DNA from: an uncultured Oligoflexus sp.
GTDB lineage: Bacteria; Bdellovibrionota_B; Oligoflexia; Oligoflexales; Oligoflexaceae
NCBI GenBank assembly: GCA_964236955.1
Contig: CAXSGP010000002.1
Coordinates: 65,665 to 129,664, forward strand
Reading direction: 5' to 3'
Length of the DNA stretch: 64,000 nucleotides
Below, piece after piece: positions 1-9,637 of this stretch; positions within the stretch are counted from its first letter, which is position 1, and each line of letters begins with the position of its first letter. Both the position numbers and the translations under genes were made by a program. The notes under the pieces were generated by a model. The model did no database searches, was not told where the DNA came from, and was given only the letters and a program-made list of their open reading frames with translations.

Positions 1-815
1 TTAGTCAGCAGCCATTGCGCAGCCGGATAAAACCCTAGGCTTCGCCAGGCCTCCGCTGTGGTCGGTTCTGGCAGCTGCGCAAAGATCCCGGCATAAAATT
101 TCGACCATTCCTGCCCCGCCCGTGCCAACTCCTTCAGGTTTTTGCCGCTGCCAGGAAACATTCCTTCAAGTTCGGGTAGAATCTGCTTTCGTATACGATT
201 CCGACTATAGGCAAGTTTAGCATTGGAACTGTCCTCCCGGTGGAGGATTTTTTCTCTCCCTGCAATTTCCTCAATATCTTTTCGAGACATTCCCAGGAAG
301 GGTCGCCAGTATAAGCCTTCAAGCCTTTTCATTCCCTGCAGACCGGACAATCCCGAGCCTCGCACAACACGCATGAGAATAGTCTCAATGAGATCATCTT
401 CATGATGGGCCAACAGCACTTTATCCTGCGGGCCGCACTGGCTTGCAAACCAATCGTATCTGATCTGACGGGCCCAATCCTGTATGCCGCTCTTCGCCTG
501 GCGGCCTGCCTCAACCTTTAATAGCCTGCATTCAAGGCCCCGCAGTTTGGCTTGTTCCTGCACAAAGTCCGCATCTCCCTCCGACTCTAACCCGCGCAGC
601 CCATAGTTCACATGTAAAACCACCAGAACGGGATCAGGCCTTTGGAGTCTTATCCATTCCGCAAAGAGATCCATCAGCACCATCGAGTCCAGACCACCGC
701 TGCAAGCGACAAAGTACTTTGACGGTTTTAGCTCGGGCGCTTCCTGCCTTTCGAAAAGAAAGGACAAAAGCTCAGATTTGCCGTGCTTAGGGTAACTTTC
801 ATAAAAAGGGCTCAT
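1..815 (-). CDS. tilS: tRNA(Ile)-lysidine synthase (3' end runs off the window)
   Basis: Manual translation from ATG at 815 (AAAGGA upstream) gives MSPFYESY...KYFVACSGGLDSMVL...VLHVNYGLRGLESEGDADFV. This has the PP-loop SGGxDS and the HVNYGLRG motif of TilS. It is absent from the ORF track, consistent with no stop in the window. Confidence 0.9.
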   Translation of the reverse strand, partial: MSPFYESYPKHGKSELLSFLFERQEAPELKPSKYFVACSGGLDSMVLMDLFAEWIRLQRPDPVLVVLHVNYGLRGLESEGDADFVQEQAKLRGLECRLLKVEAGRQAKSGIQDWARQIRYDWFASQCGPQDKVLLAHHEDDLIETILMRVVRGSGLSGLQGMKRLEGLYWRPFLGMSRKDIEEIAGREKILHREDSSNAKLAYSRNRIRKQILPELEGMFPGSGKNLKELARAGQEWSKFYAGIFAQLPEPTTAEAWRSLGFYPAAQWLLT

Positions 816-837
816 TAGGCTTTTCCTTTCATACATT

Positions 838-853
838 TGCGAAAGCTTTGCCA
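838..853 (-). promoter_or_regulatory. possible sigma-54 (-24/-12) promoter upstream of tilS
   Basis: Minus strand reads TGGCAAAGCTTTCGCA, with correct GG-N10-GC spacing. Confidence 0.35.
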
Positions 854-1035
854 GCGGGTTCTTGTCTTTTTTCCAAAATAAACCAATATTTTCAATGTCT
901 TATGGATATCTATAAGTCATTGTAATTAAGGACTTATTTATTTACCAAGCTTAAGTATCCGTATTTGTTATTTTTATCTTCCTAACCAGATCCTCTCGAC
1001 CCAAGCCCTCAAGATCATCACCTTCTCTTCTTTTT

Positions 1036-1062
1036 TTAAGTTTTTCGCCAAAAGGACGAAGA
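1036..1062 (+). promoter_or_regulatory. putative sigma-28 (FliA) promoter of flagellin
   Basis: TTAAGTTT-N11-GACGAAGA versus consensus TAAAGTTT-N11-GCCGATAA; lies upstream of flagellin. Confidence 0.5.
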
Positions 1063-1385
1063 AGAGTTTGTGAGCTGCTGCACCTTTGACCGCCCAGGCA
1101 CGGGCACCCTACATCAAGGAGGAAGGGCTATGGTTTTGTATATTCGCATCGCTTTGTCTTCATTCATAGCCCAAGGGCTTCCCCAAGACAATTCCAAGAC
1201 CGTCGCTTCCCCTCCTCCCAATCCCGAGTTTGGGCAGGGCCCAAGACCGCGTCCCCGTGCCTACAGCGTCCAGGTTTTTGCAAACGGCTGAACCGCTCGT
1301 ACAGTTCTTACGCAAACGTCTGCTGCACCATTGAAGGTCCAGCAACGTCGGCGCGGAATATTTTCTTTAACAAGGAGGTTTTCTC

Positions 1386-2300
1386 ATGGGTATCAGAGTC
1401 AAGACTAACGTTGAATCCTTAATCGCCCAAAAGCATCTCGGTACAAGTCGCGCGGAAGTCGCCTCGTCGATCGAACGCTTGTCGTCAGGCCAAAGAATCA
1501 ATAAATCCTCCGATGATGCTGCGGGCTTAGCCGTATCGGAGCAGATTCGGGCCCGGCTCTCGACCATGGACGTAGCCAAGCGCAACGCCAACGACGGAAT
1601 CAGCTATATTCAAGTTGCAGAGGGTGGCCTGAACGAAGCGACCAACGTCATGCTGCGCATGCGGCAGCTCGGATCGCAGGCGGCGTCCGATACCATCGGC
1701 GCGAAGGAGAGGGGGTTTCTCGACAAGGAATTCCAGCAGCTCGCCCAAGAGGTGGGCCGCATCGTCAAGACGACCGAATTTAACGGTCGTAAAGTCCTTG
1801 AGCCTGGTGGTAACGATGCCATGCGCATCTTTGTCGGCAGCAGCAACCGGGGCAATGTCAAGGGATCCGCCCCTGACGTCGATGCCGATAATGACCCGGA
1901 CATCCTCACGCTCAATCTCAAGGATCTCGAGCAGCTCAGTAGCGCTCTTGATAAAGTTGTCAACGGCGGTCTCGCGGTGACGACCGATGGCGACGGTGGA
2001 GCTGCGGATCTCGGTCCAACTGGCACCGAAGGGCTTTTCAATGTTATTGATACCGCTGTGAATGAAGTCGCTTCCTATCGCGCTTCGCTCGGCTCGGTCC
2101 AATCCCGTCTGAATTCAGCGATTTCCAATATTGATGTGACCAACGAGAACCTGCAGGCCGCCAACAGCCGTATTCGTGACGTCGACTTCGCTTCGGAAAC
2201 CGCGCGCTTCACGCAAAACAAAATCCTTGAGCAGGCCGGCGCCTCCGTCCTTGCTCACGCCAACAGCGAACCGGAAATCGTTCTGCAGATGCTGCGCTAA
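1386..2300 (+). CDS. fliC: flagellin
   Basis: N-terminal ERLSSGQRINKSSDDAAGLAVS and C-terminal AANSRIRDVDFASETARFTQNKIL flagellin motifs; AAGGAGG RBS. Confidence 0.97.
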   Translation: MGIRVKTNVESLIAQKHLGTSRAEVASSIERLSSGQRINKSSDDAAGLAVSEQIRARLSTMDVAKRNANDGISYIQVAEGGLNEATNVMLRMRQLGSQAASDTIGAKERGFLDKEFQQLAQEVGRIVKTTEFNGRKVLEPGGNDAMRIFVGSSNRGNVKGSAPDVDADNDPDILTLNLKDLEQLSSALDKVVNGGLAVTTDGDGGAADLGPTGTEGLFNVIDTAVNEVASYRASLGSVQSRLNSAISNIDVTNENLQAANSRIRDVDFASETARFTQNKILEQAGASVLAHANSEPEIVLQMLR

Positions 2301-2318
2301 GCACGGCTCTTTGAGTAA

Positions 2319-2338
2319 GGGAGGCCGCAGGGCCTCCC
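2319..2338 (+). terminator. GC-rich hairpin after flagellin
   Basis: GGGAGGCC-GCAG-GGCCTCCC perfect 8-bp stem; no clear U-tract. Confidence 0.5.
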
Positions 2339-2508
2339 CTCAAGCGAAACGAGGCTGGCAAGATCTGGATTTCGGCCTTCTAGATATTTCCTCGGCGACA
2401 ATGATATACTGGCCTATACTATGGCTAGGTTCCTCTTTGTGCTGCGGATGGGAAAGTCTGAACAAAAGCAGGCTGAGGCGGGTCGGTCGACCGAAAGGGA
2501 ATATCCAG

Positions 2509-3195
2509 TTGCGATACGTACTTCTTATTCTATTCTTACTCAACCTGCTCCTAGCGGGCCAGGTGGCATGGGCAAATCCTGCCGACTACACCATCCTTGG
2601 CGTGATAACCAGTAACAAGGATAAAAAAGGTGTAGCCCTCATCAAGACCAAATCCAACGGCAAGGTCAGCGCTTTCAAAGAGGGCGATGAGGTTGTCAAG
2701 GGCACTCGTATTAAAAGCATCCTTCGCAAGACAGTGACGTTTTCCTTTGAGAAAAAATTCTATGAACTTTCGGTGGGCGAGGATAACCCTAAAGAAGTAA
2801 AAGGGGAGGGCGATCGTGAACGTTCCATCGCCTCAAATCTCAACAACGCCCAGGGCATCGAAAAGTCCGGCGACACGCTAAAGGTATCGCGCGCGTTAAA
2901 AGACAGTCTCGCCACTGGCGAGGGTTTGAATAAGATACTGATGCAGGCGGCCACCATCCCCTATGTGGAAAACGGCAAACTCCTGGGCTTTCGTATCCTT
3001 GAGATTGATCCAGGCAGCATCTACGATGTCGCCGGCTTTCAGAACGGTGACGTTATCACTCATATTAATGAGCAGCCCATCAACGATGCAGGGCTGGCGC
3101 TAAGGGCTTTGAGTTCGCTTAAAACGGCATCATCAGCGACATTCAATTATCTACGGGGTTCAATGCCGATGACTCTTACGATAGAAATCAAATGA
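2509..3195 (+). CDS. type II secretion system protein C-like protein with C-terminal PDZ domain
   Basis: Hydrophobic N-terminus from TTG at 2509 (AAGGGA upstream). GspC-like segment (YTILGVI...GVALIK...AFKEGDEV) and PDZ (GFRILEIDPGSIYDVAGFQNGDVITHIN). Confidence 0.75.
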   Translation: MRYVLLILFLLNLLLAGQVAWANPADYTILGVITSNKDKKGVALIKTKSNGKVSAFKEGDEVVKGTRIKSILRKTVTFSFEKKFYELSVGEDNPKEVKGEGDRERSIASNLNNAQGIEKSGDTLKVSRALKDSLATGEGLNKILMQAATIPYVENGKLLGFRILEIDPGSIYDVAGFQNGDVITHINEQPINDAGLALRALSSLKTASSATFNYLRGSMPMTLTIEIK

Positions 3196-3584
3196 ACGAC
3201 TCGCATCTAAGTGTCGAACGCTGGATCAAGCCCGCATTTCATGCAAAAATGCCTGCGGTCGGGCCGAAGCTTCTTCGCCTGAGCAGCACCTCCAGAACCT
3301 GTTGGCGAGGGCTTGAACGTTCGGCTTGGTCCTTGCCCATACGACCTGCCAGCATCCGCCGCTACGTCTTTCAACATTGGAAAGAATTTTCCAGGAGTCG
3401 TGTCGAGGATCGAACGATTAAGGCCACCTTTAAAGCGGCCACCGGAAGAGGTCGTGCCCTTGATATTAAGCTCTTCGGTTGCGATGAACCGAGCTTTCCT
3501 TATAAGGTTCACAGGTGCCGCTTCCAAGGCCCTACAATCATCCCCAAAGCCAAGCCGAGTTTGAGGCCGAGCCTCAAGTCGTAA
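3192..3584 (+). CDS. hypothetical protein
   Basis: ATGA overlap with the upstream stop suggests translational coupling; no recognisable motif. Confidence 0.4.
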   Translation: MNDSHLSVERWIKPAFHAKMPAVGPKLLRLSSTSRTCWRGLERSAWSLPIRPASIRRYVFQHWKEFSRSRVEDRTIKATFKAATGRGRALDIKLFGCDEPSFPYKVHRCRFQGPTIIPKAKPSLRPSLKS

Positions 3585-3593
3585 GCTCAAGTT

Positions 3594-5243
3594 CTAACCG
3601 CGCAAATCTTTACGCAGTATCTTACCTACATTGGACTTGGGTAGATCGTTGACAAAGGCATAATGGCGAGGACGTTTATAGCCAGTCAATTCTTTTTCGC
3701 AGAAGGCTTTGAGTTCAGCCTCGCTAAGACTTGCATCCTTTTTTACCACGAATGCCTTCACCGCCTCTCCACTGTGGGCATCGGGAACCCCAATAACGGC
3801 AACTTCCAATACCTTGGGATTGCTCATGATCACATTTTCCACTTCATTGGGGTAAACGTTGAATCCGGAGACTAAAACCATGTCCTTCTTGCGATCGACG
3901 ATAAAGAAAAGGCCTTTTTCATCCATCCTGGCAATGTCACCCGTAAAGAGCCAGCCATCTCGTATGGATGCCGCCGTTTCCTTTTCGTTTTGCCAATAGC
4001 CGGCCATGATCTGGGGGCCCTTAATCGCTAGCTCTCCCACTTCGCCTAGGCCAAGCGTTTTGCCGGCATCGTCGCGGATTTCCGCAAAGGTCGACGGCAG
4101 GGGCACACCGATAGAACCGTAGGGAATATTGAGATGAATCGGATTGCAATGGGTCACGGGCGAAGCTTCGGTCAGGCCATAGCCCTCGACGACCCGAGTG
4201 CCGGTCAGGCGTTGGAATTCCTCGCCAACTGTCGACTGCAGGGCCATGCCGCCGGCCAGCGCAAATTTTAAAGTCTTGGGAGGATTGGCTTTGAATGCGG
4301 CGTTGTTATTCATCGCGTTATAAAGCGTATTGATCCCCGTCATCACTGTAATTCTATACTTGCTGAAAAGTTTGACCGTGTTCTCGATCGGCACGGGCTT
4401 CGGCACGAGTAGCATCTCGCCGCCAAGCGTAAGGAAGGCCAAAAAGTTCACTGTCAAAGCAAAGATGTGATAGAGGGGAAGGGCGGTGAGAATGACTTCT
4501 TCACCATCGATCACATAGGGGCTGGCCCAGGCCTGAATCTGCTTCACGTTGGCGATGATATTTCTATGGGTCAGCATTGCGCCTTTAGAGAGGCCCGTCG
4601 TACCGCCTGTATACTGCAGGATCGCAATATCATCGAGACCGACCTTGGGCTTTTTATAGGACTTGCCCGCGCCGGCACTGAGTGCGCTCTTAAAGGGCTT
4701 TACTTTAAGGCCATGTTTGGGAACCTGACCTTTCACCTTGAGCACAGTGTCGACCAGAAGGCCCTTCCAGGCAGGCATCTGATCGCCGATGCTGGTGACG
4801 ATCACCGTTTCAATCTGCGTATCTTTGATGATCTCTTCAAGCTTATCGACGAAAAGATTCAAAATCACCAATACTTTGGCCCCGGAATCGGCAAACTGAT
4901 GCTTCATTTCACGGGGCGTATAGAGAGGATTGGTGTTGACGCAAATCGCTCCAATTTTCGTCGCCGCAAAAAGCGCAATGGGAAACTGAATGATATTCGG
5001 CAGCATGATGGCTATGCGATCGCCTTTGGAAAGTTTCGCATCCGTTTGCAAATAGGCGGCAAAATCATTGGAAAGGCGCTCAAATTGCTGAAACGAAATG
5101 CTCGTTCCCATGCAGGTGAGGGCTTTCTTAGCCGCATACTTTTTACAGGTGTCCTCTATCAATGAAGCCACCGTCGTGCCTTCGGAAATAGAGATAGTGG
5201 GACCAACTTTATCGGGATACTGCTTCAACCAAGCGTGACTCAT
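3594..5243 (-). CDS. fadD: long-chain-fatty-acid--CoA ligase
   Basis: AMP-binding motifs LQYTGGTTGLSKG, EGYGLTEASP, TGDIA, DRKKDM and PKSNVGKILR; GGAGG RBS before ATG 5243. Confidence 0.93.
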   Translation of the reverse strand: MSHAWLKQYPDKVGPTISISEGTTVASLIEDTCKKYAAKKALTCMGTSISFQQFERLSNDFAAYLQTDAKLSKGDRIAIMLPNIIQFPIALFAATKIGAICVNTNPLYTPREMKHQFADSGAKVLVILNLFVDKLEEIIKDTQIETVIVTSIGDQMPAWKGLLVDTVLKVKGQVPKHGLKVKPFKSALSAGAGKSYKKPKVGLDDIAILQYTGGTTGLSKGAMLTHRNIIANVKQIQAWASPYVIDGEEVILTALPLYHIFALTVNFLAFLTLGGEMLLVPKPVPIENTVKLFSKYRITVMTGINTLYNAMNNNAAFKANPPKTLKFALAGGMALQSTVGEEFQRLTGTRVVEGYGLTEASPVTHCNPIHLNIPYGSIGVPLPSTFAEIRDDAGKTLGLGEVGELAIKGPQIMAGYWQNEKETAASIRDGWLFTGDIARMDEKGLFFIVDRKKDMVLVSGFNVYPNEVENVIMSNPKVLEVAVIGVPDAHSGEAVKAFVVKKDASLSEAELKAFCEKELTGYKRPRHYAFVNDLPKSNVGKILRKDLRG

Positions 5244-5377
5244 GATCACACACCTCCAAGCCACTTTTCCGCATATTGCGTATCTAGGATAGCTTCACTT
5301 TTTTAGGGTCTTTTCGTGAAGAAAGTGCGAATATACTCTGGTCTGTCCCCTTGAGCCAGCTAAAAGAGAGGCTCCTA

Positions 5378-5893
5378 GTGTTTGCCTTCGACGCCAAAGA
5401 ATTAAACTCCATCCTTGTCAAGGTTCACGAGACTTGCCTGCAACGTAAACTCACGCTCGTTACGGCCGAGAGCTGCACCGGTGGATTACTCAGCGCCATC
5501 CTGAGTTCGAAAAGTGGAAGTTCGGCCTATTTTTCCGGCGGCGTCTGTTCGTATTCTAACGAACTTAAAACTAAGCTCCTCAATGTTCCGGCTGCCGTCA
5601 TCGCCGAGGCGGGAGCCGTCTCTGAGCTGGTGGCAAAATTGATGGCGGAAGGGGCGCGGGCTTTTTCCGGAGCAGACTTTGGCATCTCCATTACTGGCAT
5701 CGCCGGCCCCGGAGGCGCCACTCCCGGCAAAGCCGTTGGCACGGTTTACTGTGCCTGGGCCATGGACAAATCCACTGAGGTTGAACGGCTTCAACTGCAT
5801 GGGGATCGCGATTCCATACGGGCACAAACGTGCCTTATTGCACTAGCCGGGCTCTATTCACGTATTTTAACGAATTCCGAGGAGGTCCCTTGA
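5378..5893 (+). CDS. CinA C-terminal family / nicotinamide-nucleotide amidohydrolase (PncC-like)
   Basis: TAESCTGGLL, SGSSAYF, YSNELK and ITGIAGPGG motifs. Confidence 0.9.
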   Translation: MFAFDAKELNSILVKVHETCLQRKLTLVTAESCTGGLLSAILSSKSGSSAYFSGGVCSYSNELKTKLLNVPAAVIAEAGAVSELVAKLMAEGARAFSGADFGISITGIAGPGGATPGKAVGTVYCAWAMDKSTEVERLQLHGDRDSIRAQTCLIALAGLYSRILTNSEEVP

Positions 5894-6537
5894 AACGTCG
5901 CCTTATTTTGCTGGCCGCCCTAGCCTGTCTGACAACCGCGAAAGCCCGGGGGGCCGAGCCGACTGAAACCAAGTATGATCAGATTTTTTCATCGATCGAT
6001 AATCTTAGCGTCGACTTCACCCAGACCACTTATAAAAAACTCAGAAATAAAAGCAACGTCCGGCAGGGCGATGCCCTATTTTCCAAGCCTGGGATGTTTC
6101 GCTGGAACTTCACCAATGATAAGGCCGGCCTGGAAGAGTACTACTTTAATGGCGAAACCCTGACCCACTATCGTGATAAAGAAAATCTGGTGAATCATTA
6201 TAATACCAATGCCGGCTTAGCGCGCGAGCTCAAGGAGGTCGTGACTCTGGTCCTCGATCCCAAGGCTCTCTTCAGTCGCTATAAGGTAAAAGACAGCAAG
6301 ACGAACAATCAAAAAACCACAGTGACTCTGGAACCACGCTCCAAGGAAGGCACCGACATTGAGACGATCAATGTGCAGGTGGAAGACGAGCAGAAATATG
6401 TAGAGGACGTCCAAATCTTCTATAATGATGGAAACAATACCCGTTTTTCCTTTAAGAATCCAAAAAAGACCCGGAACGATCCCGCCGTGTTTACCTTTAG
6501 CCGTAAGGGTAATTTCACCGTGAGGCACCACGGCTGA
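5890..6537 (+). CDS. lolA: outer-membrane lipoprotein carrier protein LolA family
   Basis: Signal peptide; DFTQT...G.ALFSKPGMFRW and FTF C-terminus typical of LolA; GGAGG RBS before TTG 5890. Confidence 0.75.
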   Translation: MKRRLILLAALACLTTAKARGAEPTETKYDQIFSSIDNLSVDFTQTTYKKLRNKSNVRQGDALFSKPGMFRWNFTNDKAGLEEYYFNGETLTHYRDKENLVNHYNTNAGLARELKEVVTLVLDPKALFSRYKVKDSKTNNQKTTVTLEPRSKEGTDIETINVQVEDEQKYVEDVQIFYNDGNNTRFSFKNPKKTRNDPAVFTFSRKGNFTVRHHG

Positions 6538-6547
6538 CCAGAATATC

Positions 6548-6569
6548 GGCAGCAGCTGTCGCTGCTGCC
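6548..6569 (+). terminator. hairpin after lolA
   Basis: GGCAGCAGC-TGTC-GCTGCTGCC perfect 9-bp stem. Confidence 0.55.
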
Positions 6570-6612
6570 CTCACCCTTTCCTATCCTCCCGTAACCTAAC
6601 TCCTATTGAGTG

Positions 6613-6640
6613 TAAAGTTTTTGGCCGCACCTGCCGATAA
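6613..6640 (+). promoter_or_regulatory. sigma-28-type promoter
   Basis: TAAAGTTT-N12-GCCGATAA; both boxes match consensus exactly. Confidence 0.7.
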
Positions 6641-6689
6641 GCTTTGCATATGCGAGGTATTTGGACACTCGCCTTGGGGAGAGCCTCTT

Positions 6690-8249
6690 ATGTCTCAGGA
6701 AACGGTACGTTGGGAAGACTTCGATAAGATGCACGTCATCAGAAAGCTCAAGGAGATAGTGGGTAAGTGGTGGAAGGTGCAAATCAACTTCACGGACAAG
6801 CGTGGTTTTTTACGCGGCGTTCCGGAAGGGAAATTTTTTAATCCGCTCAACCCTATCTGTCAGGCGATCGTCGCCGACGAAAAAGGCTTTGGGAAGCGGG
6901 TGACCACGGCCCGGCAGACTACGGTGGAATCGGTCAATGCCAAGAGCGCGCGCATTACTCAGGACGTCACAGGATTTTCGGTTATTTCCGTACCGATCCA
7001 CGTCAACGGCGATTTCTTCGGAACGGTGTTTGGCGATGGCTTCATCTGTGAAGACAGTGCCGCCGCGCAAAAGACCCTGATCAAGGAATATCTGGAACGC
7101 GATTTCCCGAACCGCAAAGATCTCCTTGGCAAGATCGATGCCCTGCCCGTCCTATCGTCAAGTGAACTGCACTACCTGACCGAGCTCATCATTCTCGTCG
7201 TTGATGAGATTCTGATCATGCATAAAAATCTCTATGATGAGAAGAGTAAGGTCAGCGAACTCTCGAAAGAGCTAGGGCAGCGTTATGGCTTCGATCGCAT
7301 GATCGGAAAATCGATGGCCATGCAGGATCTCTATCGCCTCCTCGAAAAAATCTGCGACTCGGAAACGACGGTCCTTATCCAAGGCGAAAACGGAACGGGT
7401 AAGGAATTGATCGCCAAAGCCCTGCACTACAATTCGAAGCGTAAGAATAAGCGTTTCCTCGTGGTGAACTGCGGAGCTTTCAACGACAATCTCCTTGAAT
7501 CCGAACTCTTCGGCCACGTTAAGGGCGCCTTCACGGGGGCTATCAAAGACAAAAAGGGTATGTTCGAAGCTGCCGACGGCGGCACTCTTTTCCTCGATGA
7601 GATCGGCGATACCACTCCGCAGATGCAGGTCAAGCTCCTTCGCGTTCTCCAGGAAGGAACCTTTACGCCCGTCGGTAGCACCGAGGTTAGACGCTGTCAG
7701 GTCAGAACCTTGGCGGCCACCAACAAAAACCTCCTGCAGATGGTGTCGACCGGCGACTTCCGCGAGGATCTTTACTACCGCCTGAACGTCATCAACGTTG
7801 CGGTACCAAGCCTTCGCGATCGCAAAGATGATATTCCCCTCCTCCTCGAGCACTTTCTGAACCGCTATGCAAAAACCAGCGGCGCTCCCAAAAAAAATAT
7901 CGCCAAGGATTGCCTGGAACGATTGATGGACCATGAGTGGCCGGGGAACGTTCGGGAACTCGAGAACGAAGTGGAACGTCTCTGCGTTCTCGCCGGAGAA
8001 GACAAAGAATTGCCAGAGGATCTCCTGTCGGCCCGAATCAAAGAAAGCACCAAAAAGAAATTCCCAGGTCTTCGCATCAGCGGCAACCTCAAGGATTCGC
8101 TCGAAGACATGGAAAAGGTCATGATACTCGAAGGCTTGGAAAGAAACGGTTGGAACAAGTCGCGGCTTGCCAAGGAATTGGGAATCAGTCGCGCCGGGCT
8201 CATCACCAAAGTTCAGAAGTATGGTCTTGAAAAACGAAAAATAAGCTAA
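6690..8249 (+). CDS. sigma-54-dependent transcriptional activator with N-terminal PocR-like sensor domain
   Basis: GENGTGKE Walker [32 protein letters not shown] and C-terminal Fis-type HTH. The N-terminus (NPICQAI...[15 protein letters not shown]) resembles PocR. Confidence 0.9.
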   Translation: MSQETVRWEDFDKMHVIRKLKEIVGKWWKVQINFTDKRGFLRGVPEGKFFNPLNPICQAIVADEKGFGKRVTTARQTTVESVNAKSARITQDVTGFSVISVPIHVNGDFFGTVFGDGFICEDSAAAQKTLIKEYLERDFPNRKDLLGKIDALPVLSSSELHYLTELIILVVDEILIMHKNLYDEKSKVSELSKELGQRYGFDRMIGKSMAMQDLYRLLEKICDSETTVLIQGENGTGKELIAKALHYNSKRKNKRFLVVNCGAFNDNLLESELFGHVKGAFTGAIKDKKGMFEAADGGTLFLDEIGDTTPQMQVKLLRVLQEGTFTPVGSTEVRRCQVRTLAATNKNLLQMVSTGDFREDLYYRLNVINVAVPSLRDRKDDIPLLLEHFLNRYAKTSGAPKKNIAKDCLERLMDHEWPGNVRELENEVERLCVLAGEDKELPEDLLSARIKESTKKKFPGLRISGNLKDSLEDMEKVMILEGLERNGWNKSRLAKELGISRAGLITKVQKYGLEKRKIS

Positions 8250-8285
8250 TTCGTAATTTCCACCCCAACAATCAAGGATGATTCC

Positions 8286-8591
8286 ATGGCCCTTAAGCTT
8301 TTTGCCAAAACAGCTGAAACAGAAGTTCAAGTCGATCAGGATTCACGTGTGGCCCGTCTCGAAAAACACGTCGAGGATATGACTTTGGAAATGGGCAAAT
8401 TAAAGACCGAAGTTGATACGATGGTCGCCCGACAGCAGGGCTTTCGCCTGGCTTTGCGCCGTCTGCGTGAGTATCTCGAGGAAAGAGGCATTCAGGAACG
8501 TACAACGGCCGAAGTGAAAGAAGACGAAAGAGCCGCTTCAAACGTGCCCGCGGCAGCAAACACGAGAAAAGACAAGACAGGTCTTCACTGA
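8286..8591 (+). CDS. hypothetical coiled-coil protein
   Basis: 101-aa ORF with AAGGA RBS and heptad-like charged helix. Confidence 0.6.
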   Translation: MALKLFAKTAETEVQVDQDSRVARLEKHVEDMTLEMGKLKTEVDTMVARQQGFRLALRRLREYLEERGIQERTTAEVKEDERAASNVPAAANTRKDKTGLH

Positions 8592-9637
8592 TCCCTCAAT
8601 GCTTCAACCGCTCTGAATTCTGCTTCCAAAGCTTGCATTTGCTCCTGGCCGTTAAGCTTAGTCAGCTCTTCAAAGAAAGACTGGGCTTCGGCCAGCGACA
8701 ACTCAGCTCCCTGACCATAAAAGGTCGACACATGAAAAATCTGAAAATCCTTAATCTTTAAGCTCATGGCAATCAAAGCAGCCTGCCGCGTGGTCAAATG
8801 CGCCTTCGCCACCGCCCGCGATCGATCCTGATCGAGAAAACTGCTCTCACAGATCATCCGCTCCGCTTGCCCAAAGCCGTTCTGAAGGCTCTTTAGATTC
8901 GTTCGGTCAAAACTAAGGTCGGTGAGATAAACCAGGGATTCACCCCATTCGCGGCGCATGAGTTTGCCCGCCAATTCATGGGCGTTAAAGGCCTTGCCAT
9001 CGATCAGCAAGGGCTCATCTAACTGATCATGCCTGACCCTATGCTGCAGCTGGCTGATCCAAGGTCCACTGCCGAGCCCGAGGCCCGGCAATTCTTCCTG
9101 CAAAAACCGTATTTTATCGGGACTGCGAATTCTATAGGCCAGAGATGGAATGCCGTTGTGATCGAGAGCGACACAGGACACGACCGAACTATCGCCGAGA
9201 ACCGCGAGTTTAACGATACTTGAGACCGTCTTATCGAGATGGACGTCAAAACCATCAGTATTGCTAAGGAGTCCCGTGAGCACCGAACCATCGGGTCTGA
9301 CTTCATGGACTTCAAAGCGCAGCTGATCGGGCTCAATCAGATTCCACGCGTAGCCGCGCAGCTTCGCCTGCACGCGTTCGAAAAATGGGGCCGGCCCCCA
9401 GATTTTCAGGAGACGCTTGTGCGGAATGTTAACGCGTAACCAGCGGTCAAATCCTATGAAATGATCCATGTGGGTGTGCGATACGAATACGTGCCGCACC
9501 TTCATCAGCTCCTTTTGCGGCAATTGATCGAGCATTCCGAGGTCCAGGAGAAACGCCTCACCGCTGCTGCGCATGAAAGCGAATACAGCCGGATCACCCT
9601 GCAGGCCGTTGAGAATTTCCAATTGCATATCACTCAT
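8585..9637 (-). CDS. metallo-beta-lactamase fold hydrolase, ribonuclease Z-like
   Basis: HVFVSHTHMDHFIGFD (HxHxDH), LDHNGIPSLAY, YLTD, CESSF and AHLTTRQA motifs. Confidence 0.8.
   Translation of the reverse strand: MSDMQLEILNGLQGDPAVFAFMRSSGEAFLLDLGMLDQLPQKELMKVRHVFVSHTHMDHFIGFDRWLRVNIPHKRLLKIWGPAPFFERVQAKLRGYAWNLIEPDQLRFEVHEVRPDGSVLTGLLSNTDGFDVHLDKTVSSIVKLAVLGDSSVVSCVALDHNGIPSLAYRIRSPDKIRFLQEELPGLGLGSGPWISQLQHRVRHDQLDEPLLIDGKAFNAHELAGKLMRREWGESLVYLTDLSFDRTNLKSLQNGFGQAERMICESSFLDQDRSRAVAKAHLTTRQAALIAMSLKIKDFQIFHVSTFYGQGAELSLAEAQSFFEELTKLNGQEQMQALEAEFRAVEALRDQ

Noticed and set aside
1075..1290. 6S RNA-like rod in the flagellin leader
   Set aside because: A closing stem and bubble exist, but the distal part is branched and the usual zapA/ygfA context is absent. 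Kept only as a structured leader.
2176..2508. N-terminal extension of the 339-aa ORF
   Set aside because: It overlaps the flagellin 3' end and its hairpin; the RBS and signal peptide point to a start at 2509.
7272..8330. 352-aa minus-strand ORF
   Set aside because: Antisense shadow of the sigma-54 activator with no motifs. The same applies to most long antisense ORFs in the track.
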